Below are positions 51,101 through 63,598 of a DNA stretch of 64,000 nucleotides, in pieces. The notes under the pieces were generated by a model, which made no database searches, was not told the DNA's origin, and saw only the letters and a program-made list of their open reading frames with translations. A program made the position numbers and the translations under genes. The DNA comes from Phoronis australis (lineage: Eukaryota > Animalia > Phoronida), in NCBI GenBank assembly GCA_002633005.1, contig NMRA01000382.1, positions 62,001-126,000 on the forward strand, read 5' to 3'. The number at the start of each line of letters is the position of its first letter. Positions within the stretch are counted from its first letter, which is position 1.

Positions 51101-52559
51101 TTTGAATCACTGAGTTAATCCTTTTTATGATCTACATGAAAACACAGACTACTTTCTTTAGAATTACCTGTACCAAGTTACCCCGAAAATATTATTTTTA
51201 AATTTTACTCCTTGATCTTTTGCGTCGACTTTCGGCGCAATGAAATGTTGCGTCAGCTATTAGCCAATTTCTTTTCCCCAGATTTTCCAATCAAACCTTC
51301 TCCCTCGGGGTTGCTTAATAGTCACAACAAATAATCAGAATTGGTTTCACTTCATCATATGTTTTTGGAATCTGGATATCAGTAAACCGAATTTTCAAAC
51401 AGATTTTGCTGAGGTGTTGGCATCATCTAATGGGAGATGTCAAAAACTTTTTGGAAGTGGCGCGTGTCACGAATGAACTCTTTTCAAAACAGCCGTAACG
51501 GGCAAGGTGAATGTAAGTTGACTTCCAGATTTTTGTATGCACACTCGCACGTCTTTAGCTTTTCGACAAGATAACAAGCGTAGCTATCCGGGCTTTGTGA
51601 AATTTCAAGGTCTGTTTGAGCTCAATACACAGTGACACCTTGCTGTATTTTGAAAATAGTCTTCATACAGCTAGCGGGCTATATATGAAAGCTATAGCTT
51701 CGAAAGTGGAAACAAATTCAGAATGATGATGGATGATGGATGACACTATAAAATGATCACTTACGTCTGTTTTCATGTGCCCATGATCTTAATATCGGCG
51801 CTGTGTTCAAACCATTGTTTATGTTATTCATAAAATCAACTCAGGTTTTATTGCTGTACCAACATGTTAGTAAATAAACAATAATTATCTGTGGTGAAGC
51901 GCAATGTACAGCGAGATGAAGTAATGATCAAGAGCAATAACGGATGACAGCAAATGCGTGCTGCATGTTAAGCATTCCGCTGCATGAAAACACTTGAGGT
52001 CGTAAAACATCCAGCGTTTTATTCTGATTTTTATGTAACTTTATTGTAAAATTTCAAATTTCGTGCTTGTTTGTATGTATTATGTACTGTATAAAAAGTC
52101 TCGTATCTAAAGTTAGAAATTATGCTTCCGCGGTATCATTTAACGTTTGATTTTACCCGCCGTCATAAATGTTTAGGCTGGTGTAAAGTCATGCACTTCG
52201 TATTTGTAGATTGGTTCGATTTTACCCCCTTTCAATAGTTGAACAAAGTTGATAAACCGCTGTCAAGACCGAAATTACCACTGGTGAACGATCACCAAAC
52301 AGTTAAATGTTTGTTTGGCCAAAGTTCACCTGCTAAATCATGAAATGGTAATTGCCGACCAAGAACACGCTTAATCCGAATTGGTCGTCTACCATAGGCG
52401 ACCACTTAGCCCACCCAAGTGCCGACCACAGAGGCGACTCAGCAGACGGCTACTAGCCGACCATTTTTGGTTGACTGCTGGTCTACTAGACGACGGGTAG
52501 ACGGCCATTCGTCGACCAACTTCCGACCGGTCGGACAAAAATTCAGGATGTGTGCTGTG
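48200..52559 (-). mobile_element. CACAG-terminated element copy 3, inverted, most complete (~4.4 kb)
   Basis: Ends ccgaccggtcggacaaaaattcaggatgtgtgctgtg at 52559. The far end has ggtcggctga(a/g)g tandem subterminal repeats (48224-48345); exact left terminus uncertain. Confidence 0.8.
49432..49610 (+). pseudogene. C-terminal fragment of a Tc1/mariner-superfamily transposase carried in the CACAG element (also at 37068-37247 and 46649-46825, minus strand)
   Basis: HELRDYLRKKMKPNTKQKLFQ*IYSSWKTVT(P)xKCAKYERHxRKVVPExIxCSGAATGx* resembles, by recall, the post-NPIEN-W tail (HELK..LR...KP..K.EL..GI..FW.TV....C.KY..HL.KV.P.VI...G.ATGY) of invertebrate Tc1-like transposases. Confidence 0.65.
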
Positions 52560-52833
52560 TTTAAGCTTTATTCTTTCTCTCGATATCCATTACAACAAAG
52601 TGGAACATTCATGATTATTTTTAAAAAATGATGAAGTGTAAGAACTTCACACATTTTTCTTGAATTACTGTAGTGGACAAACTTTCAGCAGCTAAATGGC
52701 TTTTATTGAAATGATTTTAACTACATTGATATCAGTTTGTTTGCTAAAAAGATCTGCTTTCAAACCAGTGAGATATTTTTATATTTTCGATAAAATTGGA
52801 AAAAATGTTGTTCTTTAATAAGCCGTCTCTAAA

Positions 52834-52836
<3 letters not shown>

Positions 52837-52874
<38 letters not shown>

Positions 52875-52880
52875 NTCTCT
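52837..52880. repeat. (CT)n microsatellite containing an N
   Basis: Direct inspection; length is uncertain because of the N at 52875. Confidence 0.95.
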
Positions 52881-53599
52881 TTGTGTCTCTCTCTTTTAAG
52901 AAACCTGAAAGTGTACACTGAACTTCATAATAACCAATAATGTCGTAATCCATTCCTCATCATATATTTTCATATTATCTCATTATTTTCATTGAGATAC
53001 AATTCCAAAAAGGTGAACAACTTTTTAAGAAGGATGTTGATCTTTCCAGGTTTCAAGGTTAAATTGCACCTGAATGGTGAAATATACTTAACAGAACCAA
53101 TCGAATTTTCACTAAATTACAAAAAGTGGCCCAATATGGAGAAAACTTTTGTTTGAAATGCTGAAGTATTTTTAAAATTCAGTTTTAATGTTTGTGTTAA
53201 ATGTTTGAAATAATTTTGTAAATTTTTTCTACCTATTTATTGTTCAGTCAACTTTGCAATGTACCAACAGTTTTTATAACACAAATATACTTTTTAGACG
53301 TTACCAACAACACCTCCAAATTCGTACACCTAATGAATCCCATTCATTACGGGTAGAGAAAATATCAGACCTGGAAAAGCCTCTGTCGTTGTTGCTCGGT
53401 CAAAAAGAAAGTGAATTTCTGTCTGGACTTGCCCACAAGTGGAAAACAGAGAGACGTCTTCTCTGAAATTCTGTCGAAGTTTATCAGAGTTCAGCTACAC
53501 TTCTGAACGAAATATATACAGAGATATCTCGTAAGATCTAGGTATACTTTTAAACTTGGTAAGAGTGAATGATAGATTAGCATTACAGAAGTGATTTGA

Positions 53600-56500
53600 T
53601 CGCAAAGAAGAATAGCTGTCTCTTTAATTCCAATTTTCTATACACATTAGAATTGTTGAACTGTGAGTTGCACTGGAAATTTAATGAGGAATTGCGATAA
53701 TAAGCGTATTAACATTAGATAATAGACGCATTGTTCATGTCATTAAGAACCGTAAATGTGTACAAGGTTGCATTTAGTATCCTAAACTCGGAAAATTTAG
53801 ACCAATTCAGGCCATTGAGGATATTGATTTTCCTGAACCTTTAAATGACCGTGTGACTGAAAGTGCAGCTTGATATAACCAACCTTATAACTGGAGTAGA
53901 ACACCAGTTCCAGTGGATAGATAGATAATGTCTCTATAATCATAATGGGATAAGACAAATGTATTTAACAGAAATTTTAGGTGCATTGAGCTTACAGGTA
54001 GGTGCCTCCATGTAAAAGATTAGATTCAACACCTTTTGAATATTAGCAGCTGGATCTTGACAATGAGTATTCAAAGATAGATTAGTATCAATAATACTTA
54101 AGTGTTTATGGGAATTCTCCCATTATTGATCTAAATGTTTAATGCTATTTAGAACACCGCAGAACCTGTTTACCTTTCTCAATACATTGTTTATGTGCGA
54201 AGTCCATAACAGATTTTCGTAGCTGGTAAGACCAAGTAAATTGAATGAATTATTTCAATTTCGAAGTTATTAAACTTTAAATAAAAATCATCAATACACT
54301 TTGGGGGCTTATAAAAAGCTATGATTCATTATTTAGTTGAATTTAAAACCAGCCCAATTGCTGTCAACCAAGACTGAAATTCCATCCAGCTCCCCACAAA
54401 ACTTGTGCGACTTATTAACAGAAAACGTCATACGATTACCATTAACAATAGAAGTATTATCAGCATAAAGTGGGCTGTCAAAGAAACTCGTGCACTGCAC
54501 AAAATTATTCATGTAAATGATGAATAATAGCAGACCCAGTATAGACACCTGTGGGACACCCCGCAGAATTGGAAAAGTATTAGATCGTTTCTTATTAATT
54601 TGAACATACTGAGCCCTATTAGAGTGATAGTTTCTTAAGAAACTTAAAGACAAGGGCTTGCAACGATAACATAGAAGTTTGGCGATAAAAATGAATCAGT
54701 TAAAGAGTCAAAAGCTTTGGAATGGCCAGTTAGAAAGGCCAGGGGTAATTTATTATTTTCCATAGCCTTGACAATTCCATCCATAATTTCACGAAAACCT
54801 TGCTGGGCAGGATGTAGCATTAGATTGAAAATTACCGTAAAATTGATTATAAATAAGTCTTTCAAAAACCGTAGAAAAGCAAGGAGAAAGTGACATAGAC
54901 CTACAATTATCTAAAAAGAACGGGGGCGTTTTTTATTACAGAAATAACCTTGGCAATTTTCATGTTGTCTGAAAATTTGAAAACGGAGTGGTTAAACACA
55001 ACGCACGATGGTTCAATCGACAGATTATTTAGACATTTTATTATTTTAATGGATATGCCACTGTGACCACAAGTAGGTTTAGCTAGAAAAGAATTAATTA
55101 ATTTTGTAATATCAATTGGGGAAATTGGTTCAACGACCAATTTACATCTAGAATGGGACTCACTGTCTGTACAAGACATATGTGACAAATTTTCACGAAT
55201 GAGTAGTTAGAGAGTGTGAGGCAATGTTACTAAAATAATAAATAAAATGATTTACAATCTCACCCTCGTCACAAACAATTTCATCATTTACCTGTTCACT
55301 ATGGTAGGACTATTTGATAAAACATGTCTATTCAATAAATTATTAATTTCTTTCCAAGTGTAATTGGGAGAACCAGCAGGGGTCCGAAACTAATTGTTAT
55401 AATAAAGTCTAAACAATTTTCCCAACTATTTAAGAATAATATTCTACGTTTTTAGGTTTGTTTTTAATGAGAAAAAAATATTAACACTTTGGGGACCCTG
55501 TCTCTCTCTCTATATATATTAATCTTAGTTTTCTTCCTGTACTGACTATTTAAACAAGCAAGAACAGAGTCACGAGGTAAATTATAATTCATATTTCTAT
55601 TATCATTCAAATTTGTATTAATGTGAGACAGTATATTGTATGACAAAAATTCAACATACACATTTTTCAAACATTCGTCATTAATGACATTTCTGTAAGA
55701 AAATTTGGGAGCTCTCGCCATTTTTAATGTTCTCTTTCTAACAAGAGAAAATAGGTAAATGATGAGAGATAATAGATAAATAGATCCGAAAAATGGATCA
55801 ATGATAGATCAGCTATTAAATTTTTAGAAAATGTTGTCAACAGGAGAAGCAGGATACTCGGCGAAACGAGTGGGAGAAGTAATGGTTGGAGAAAAACAAT
55901 TTAATGACACATTGTTGTAGAATTCTCCTAACATATTCTTTTCATCCACTTTTAAGACATTGATATTGAAATCAACTGTCAATATGGCATGAGAGTTGGT
56001 TTCCCAAGTTCACTAACCAATGTATTGAAATCATATAGACATGTCCGAATGTTAGAATTAGCATTTTCTTTGGGAGGTTTATTATTGCCAACAAAATATA
56101 AACTTTTTCTTATGGATGATCCCGACTAAGGCCACATATAGTGACTCAAAAACTGTAGAATCACTTCTAATTTTGGAGGTTTTATACTGCAGCGAGTTGT
56201 GAATGTAAAAAATATGGCCACCGCGGCCACAACATTTCTTACCCTGGGAAACACAAGAGTAACTATCGATTTGAAACAATGAGAGAAATGCATCATCATT
56301 ACGCCAAATTTCATGTATACATATTGCACAAAAGTTAAAATTCAACTGGGACTGTTAACGGATAAGCATAAACAGGGTATCAAACTTAGCTCTGATACTT
56401 TAGAGAAGCCGCCATTATGTTGTTACAATAGGGAGAAGACTTGAGTGCACCAGATACAATATGATCATTTTTATCACCAAGCAAATGAACAAAACTTTTG
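53600..56500 (-). mobile_element. Heavily decayed CR1/L2/Crack-group LINE ORF2 (APE + RT)
   Basis: Minus-strand pieces FCAICIHEIW...GRGGHIFYIH (APE), KIAKVISVIK, SKAFDSL, RGVPQVSILGLLLFIIYMN and LYADNT (RT). Boundaries approximate. Confidence 0.85.
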
Positions 56501-56949
56501 ACATAAATACGACCAAAGTTTTTTAAAATATCCTTGTAGTGCAATAAAGTGTTTAATGCAATGAAAATAAAGATTACTGGCAAAACAACGACACTGGTAC
56601 ATGTAGGTGTCTATGTGAAACGAGCAGCAGATAAAAATCTTCCCCGGGAGAGAATCATAATACAACGGACAGGTCGTGCCAATGGAAAACGACACAGAAC
56701 CAACTGCGCACGTAGACTGAACTTACGCAGCAGGAGACTAAACACTCTTTTCAAATAAGTGCATGAAACCCTGCAACTCATGACAAACTGGAAAACACCA
56801 GAAATCACCAACCGTGATAGATAGATTAAAAACTATAGAACGGATACCGACACACTTGATTTGTTAAAATGTCTGTATTACCAGTACATGTACATGTACT
56901 TTGTCGAACTTCTGCTGTATTATTTTGTAGTACATTGAGCTGTCCAATG

Positions 56950-57900
56950 CAATTGATTGTTAACTTGGAGTGGTGTGACCTTCATCTGTAAAATAATCTA
57001 GAAATAATGTGCATTTTTCCGATATTGTATCGGCGTGTTTGAGAAAGAATTTGGAAGAGAAATGAGAAAATGTCTTATTGAGCGAATATCCTTTATTTCG
57101 CTGATAACTTTCCAGTACGCCTTATAGTTTCTGAAGCATATTTAATGATTTGAATAAGACTGTTATTGCAGTCAAATTTCGAATTTTTATAATAACTTCC
57201 ACGTGTTTAGACTCTTAATTGTATTGATTAAAGTGAGTAGGGTTGCCAGATTGTCTGAGAGCCCTATAACATACGGCATATTAAACTTGTACTTTATCTG
57301 GTCTGTAAACCATGGTTTGTTTTTGGTAATTACTATTTTGAATTTGGATGGATTGTTTTTCTCTACGATATTTGTGAGTTCTTCATTGAATCTCGATAGT
57401 AGAGTATCGATACCGTTTCGACTGAAAGTTGCATCCCAATCGCGGTTGATTTAATCCTTATGCGTTTTTAACAGGAACTCGTTGTGACCTGGACATGATA
57501 GAACGGACCTATGTGTATGAGTAACCGATGGGGGGTAGAAAGAACGTGAACATGCAAATGTTTAAGGCTGCTGTTCAAACACACGTTAAAGCAAGAATTG
57601 GAAGTTGTGGAGCGTTTTAGTAGGCTATTTGATCAGTTGCACAAAAGTTATTTTCAAGAAGAACGTCAAATAGTTCAATGTTTGCATGATTATCGTAGTC
57701 GTCAGGAATTTTCAAGGCGTCGCAGGCATTGTTTACGATGACTGTTTAGAAATTTCAGGATGCTGTCTGGATAGAAGGTTGAAATATGCATTTCGCTTGG
57801 CGGAAAACAGTCACGGAGAACGATAGAAGAAACCCTAATTGTCTTAAGTTTGAGTGTAATTCAATCAAAGATGTGAATAAGTTTCCCTAACTTTATCAGG
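56950..57900 (-). mobile_element. Separate CR1-like LINE fragment (APE-RT linker region)
   Basis: Minus strand reads DWDATFSRNGIDTLLSRFNEELTNIVEKNNPSKFKIVITKNKPWFTDQIK and later YWKVI. These DW / KPW / W-K linker motifs are typical of CR1-group ORF2. Boundaries approximate. Confidence 0.6.
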
Positions 57901-60271
57901 CAACGCAATCTATCTCTAAAATTTGTGAATAAACAGGATTATACCTCGGTCAGTGTTACTATAGTAAGCCAAACAATAATCAGGATTAGATGAAGATAAC
58001 TCAGTCTAGCATTCGTCTCAAAATAAATCCAGACTCGCAAATTTGCAACATCTTTGTAGTTGCAGTCAGCAGCTGTCTGCATAAGCAATTCAGATAATGT
58101 AAAATTATTGGATGGAGTCTTTGATATTTGTGAAAAGTATATCAAAATTGTTAGGCCCAGGGTTGGATTCATTGTCACCAGATCTAAGGACAAGAAAGGA
58201 GATTACAAATCATGTACAAAGACATTTCAATTGAAATTTGTTTTGCTTGTGTTATATATGTATGTACAGATGATAAGGCGATAGCTATATGCAAGATGCA
58301 CGTACGTGCGAGACGTTTCGTAAGAATCAACGATTCCTTACTTCCAGAAGGTTTGACCTATCTGCAGTAGCTTTCATCACAGATGCGATGAGGTTGTGTG
58401 CAGTTATCATTAGGCCAGTATTTCTAGTTTATGAGACTTGTTGTTATTGAGTGATAACGTGTTGCTGAATTTATTTTTTATGGATTTATATTATATTCAA
58501 TAAATTTTATTGACTTTCCACTGCAAACATTAACATCAGGTATCAAACTGTATTCATACAGACGAAAAGTGTAAGATCGGAGCTATCTGTTTGAATTCGT
58601 CGTGAGCAATTATTTTAATATGACTTCAAGCCAGAACGAGATAGCTTAAGTAAACCAATTAAACTGAAATTAAAAGGCTGTGGTGATAGCAACTCGCCAT
58701 GGGAGAAGGGTGCAGACAACAAAAAGGGATTGTCACTCAGATTTGACGTTGTGTTACACTCACCCTTTGAAAATGTAGCCGTTTGCAACATCTGGCTTTA
58801 AACACAGACGCATTAATGACATAAATTTAAAAAGATTTGATGTCAAGATTAAACTGACATATGATTGCGAATGTTAATAAGTCACTTTCAGGCAGTTGTA
58901 TACAGTTCTATCCACTGCCAGTCGGGATACAGTCGTGTCATTATTGGTGTTTTACAGCTCCAAACCATACAAGCATAGTGCAACCCATTTAATTATCTGC
59001 TTTCATATGATGAGCTCAGTTTTAGCCCACGATTCTAAAATCCACAGGCAGGGTGAAATTAAACAAGCACAGGTCCACCTTCTTGAGAGTAAAACATAAT
59101 AGCACAATTACTTGTTAGTATGAAAAAGTACTAGTTAACAAACAAAAGTCAGGGCATTCGGTTTGCCGGAAACCATCCGAGGAGCGGTTAACAATACAAT
59201 CTCACGAAAGTCTCGTTTTTGCGAAACCATTTTACATCAATTAGTAAAGTAATTTGTCATGTTACCCTAACTGAACAAGGCACTCCTTTTTGGACTTTTC
59301 CATGTCACTACACTGTGTGAAATTACGATTACCATGCTTCCCTATAAGATCACACATGTTTTAATTGTGTCTGTTGTGGAGTTTTCTTTAAAACTGCATT
59401 TTACTTATTGACTGTTACTTTTCCTGATTGTACTTGTACACACATTTCTCCGGGAAGTCAGAATGTCGCGCTTGAAAATTTTTAACTCATTCCTCCTGAT
59501 CCCGGCATATGAAGTGACTGTTTGTTTTCACTCAGGGCCTGATGCCGTCTGGAGGCGTTATCTAAACATTATATACATGTATGTATCTCAAAGGCGGATC
59601 ACGCCTTCAGGAGGAACCGAAGACAGCAATTAATTGGTTTAAGTTTAAATATATCTAAGGCATTCCCAGTTTTTTAAGCACTGAGAATTGATACACCAGA
59701 GTCTGCTAACCTATTGATTGTAGGTTGCGGTTCAAGCCCTTAGCACCAAAAGTCACAGGTCAGGTGAAGAAATATGTCATTCTTCCATGTCACCGTGTGA
59801 AAGATCAAGTGACGATACAGGGTGCCCAGAAGCGGTCTAAACAAGACCAAAATTTTGAAACGTGCTTTTTGGGTTGTAACCTGAAGTCCCTAATAACCAC
59901 CATCAAGTTAAAACACAAAACATTCAGCATTGATTGAGTACAATATCACTGATCAACACGTTAGGAAACATCCCAAATTAATGTCAAGAATAGTCAGAGG
60001 TATTGTCATACACATTAATTCGGCTGCTGCAACGCGTATATCGGCCAGCATCTCAATTAAATGCATGTTAGTGTTCCAACATGTTCACGCAATCTCAGCT
60101 TTATTTGGCGGTGTAAGTCACCTGCCTTAAACTATTTCGCCATGTATTCAATTGCTCGCAAAATGGATGGTGCGTGATTAACCAGTAAGCTTGACTCACG
60201 TAGTGCTAGATGCCTTTTACATTTCTGAATCTTTTGTCAAATATAGTTCCATGACATGGTTTTTCTTGCAG

Positions 60272-60553
60272 AGATAAACCCAGGATGTAAAGTTGATGTT
60301 AAAGGATTCGGCTATGACGGTGAGGTTCAGTACGACCACACTGGAGAAGAGTGCAGGGTATGGGGCAGTCCGGAAGTTCAGAGACACATGATCACAAGTG
60401 AACGTTTAATAACATCATATAACATGTGGTCAAGAGCCGTACAATTTTCGAACTTTTGTCGAAATCCGGACCATTGGGAGGAGGGTCCTTGGTGTTACGT
60501 AAAATCACACGATGTACCTGCGTGGCGTACTTGTGACATCAAAATTTGTAACA
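60272..60553 (+). CDS. Kringle-domain exon K4 (282 bp, phase 1-1)
   Basis: (E)INPGCKVDVKGFGYDGEVQYDHTGEECRVW...NFCRNPDHWEEGPWCYVKSHDVPAWRTCDIKICN. Acceptor gtttttcttgcag|, donor A|gtaagt. Confidence 0.9.
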
Positions 60554-63033
60554 GTAAGTACTATTCAGTGACTGAAGTATTGGAATTTGTCTGGACTGCC
60601 TCACGGTTGGCCAGACCGAAGCGTAACCTTAAGCAGGCCTGAGAGAAACCCGTCACTGTCTGCTCATGTGTACTGTCTCGGTAGTGCTTAGCACCTTCAG
60701 CTTGGCAAACACATTCTGCATGCTTTCGTCGTCCCTCCCTCACGCTTTTGTAACGCCTTCGTAGCTGTGGTTAAATACCGTGATAGTGCGCGAGGCTAAA
60801 AACAAACAGCTATAGCTGCATACACATGAGACTTTGTTTGTGTACACTGTACATCTCGAATAATCCGTTCTTTTGGCATCTTACACCACCGAGTTCCAAC
60901 TAATTCCGAAATTTCACGTCACATGTATTGGTCATACAAACGAACTCGTGTGTAGTTACTGTTATATTGTCCAGTCCGTGTATCCACAGCCTATCCCGTC
61001 AACGGTTTAACCGTGGTTAGTAAAGATTTAGACCAATTTATTGGCCTTAGGTAAAGACAAAAATACGCATTTCTCTTCCCGGGTTCAATGCCATGTTTAC
61101 TAGGTTTCGTGGTTGGTTGTATTAGTTCTCCCAAAAGATAGCCCACGCATCTTGATATGTGTGCATGTACATGTAGACCAATTTTTTGCATTTTTACTCT
61201 GAACATTCTTGTCCGAAACTCGTGGAACGGAAAATTGCAATAAGCTCCATCGGTTGGCGGCATCTGATCTATCAGTCACCTATTGTAAGCGTGTGTTAAA
61301 TCCCCAACCCCTAGTCCGCCGGGTTTATTTGTAGCTCGGTCCCTTAGTATTTCTGGCTCACTCACTAAAATAATAACAGATGTAGCTTGTCTGACGAGAC
61401 AGATGGTCGTGGTCAGTTTTCTACTAAAGATGAAGGAATTTGGGGTAAATGGCTACAAAAATCACACCCTGTTATACAGTGAAGACACTTGAATTATTCC
61501 GCTATGTACACATGTGTCAAGATTGTTAATATGTTTCACAAACAAACATATACAGATGAGAACTTAAGTCCTGGGGTCTGTAACATGAAATGTCTGAAGA
61601 TTTGGGAAATAAAATTGATCTTTAACTCCACGTAACGACTTCTGAAAAATAATTGAGCCTCAAGTAAGCAAAGTTCTATGAGAATCAATGAAATTGATTG
61701 CACGATATTCAGCATCACTGTGCATGGCACAACAGTTAGATTGCAGACAATTTTAGCGGTGAGGTGTCCCTGTTAGACGATTATCAAAAATGTTCATAAA
61801 TTGAGCTAGATCAACCTAAGAGGTTACTGCTTCAAACCAGTTGCAAAATATCCACCGTGAACACAGGTATCACGAATAAACACTCCCGGACAAGTCTAGT
61901 GGTGGGTTAGCACCGCCAGACACGCCCAGATACTTGAGTTTAGATGGATCAGCCCAAGAGGTAACAAATAATTCTTAGTCAGTGCTTCAAAGGTTTTTTT
62001 TTCTTAAAAGTGTATCAATCCTTTGTTTACTTGGCCTTTTTTCGTCCACAAGCGTGTCAGTTCAATTTGAAATTCAAGAATTACAGTGGATGTTATGTCG
62101 CCCGTTTTTTGAATTTGCTGATCGGTATTAGATTTTGGTTAAATAAGGCCATATTAAACTTCGTGTATTTCTATTTTCTATGATTTTTTGCAGTCTCACC
62201 ACACACAGAACGCAGGAAAACACATATTTCATGGGCTTCACAAAGTTATCTGAACTGTTAACCTTTCGCGTAATGTGCAGATATTTTAGTGACAATGTGC
62301 ATCTCGATTGACATTTATCGCATCGTCAACGTGACTGGATAAACCATGATGTAAATTTTGTGCAACCTATTCCCTAGGGCGGATTGTGCGTAAACCCTCC
62401 TCTATTCCATATCCACACGACCCACAACCCCTTGACGTACTACTCAAAATGCCCTGGATTCACGACCTGTGGTAATAGATGTATCATTGCACATTTAACA
62501 CATTTCATAATCATGTTACGTCGCTGAATGTCTTTCTTATAAGACTTACCTAACGCAAATCTGCTCTGGGTCAACTCTGTTAATTAAATAAAGAATGTGG
62601 CGTGAGAACACGATCCGAAATACCTAAAGGGGATTTTGAGCGTGCTTGTGTCGTCTATAACCACCATTTGACACTGAAATCCCTTTTCCTTAATGTTGGT
62701 CGATATTTGCTAAGGAGCAGTTGAAACACCCTCCACAAATGACATTTTCGTTGTTAATATACATGTCAAGAACGGAAGAAATTATTCCCAAAACGAACTA
62801 CTGGTGTGCAATGTGAGCGTTCAAAAGCATAAGGACAGCCTGCAACATCCTCCTCGTTTTAAATATAACGCCCTTGATTTTTAAGTGTAAATCATTCTTG
62901 GATAGAACACCTTCGCCCTTACTCTACTCCTAGCGATGGATAGAATTATATATTTTACCACCCTATTGTTGCAAGAAGTTCATCTTTTTGATCACATCAC
63001 GTGACCTAATTAATATAAGTCCGAAAAGATTTC

Positions 63034-63108
63034 TGACCCCGACCAGGACTCGAACCCAGGACCTTTAGCTAACCGTGCAGACGCTCTAGCCACTGTGCCA
63101 TGGAGACC
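63034..63108 (-). mobile_element. tRNA-derived sequence (SINE head or tRNA pseudogene)
   Basis: Revcomp GGTCTCCATGGCACAGTGGCTAGAGCG...GGTTCGAGTCCTGGTCGGGGTCA has A box TGGCACAGTGG and B box GGTTCGAGTCC, followed by TTTT. Acceptor and anticodon stems pair poorly. Confidence 0.7.
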
Positions 63109-63598
63109 ACTGTTCAGACACAGAAATCCAAACGGACTTATTAGTGGGCATCTTGCCCATGATCTCCAATGTGTGGGTATTTACAAATCCTACTGTTGAC
63201 AATAACTATTGGCGGATTTATTAGAACTATATGTTTCTTGGGAAAAACATTAAATCCACCTTTTTGTTTTCGTAAACTGAAAAGCATCTGTTAACTTTTC
63301 AAGTCATCATTCAAACTACAGCAGCTCAAATTTAGCTGGTGTAAAATACCCAATGTCATCTAACCGGAAGCCACCAATAACACCCACTAGTGATATAAAA
63401 TTCGTGCAGTAATGGAACCTATCGAGTTAGAGGAAACAGTAAGAATAGCATTGCAATGAATAACTCATGCACACAAACGAGAAACACAACATTATGAGTC
63501 TCTCATAGTCAAAGTTTTTTTTTATATTTTTCATCTAATAGAAGATACATGCAATTCTAAAACCGCTCTGAATTGGTGGCATATTACAAATATTATTA

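Noticed and set aside
63034-63108. Functional tRNA gene
   Set aside because: Acceptor and anticodon stems pair poorly; treated as a tRNA-derived repeat.
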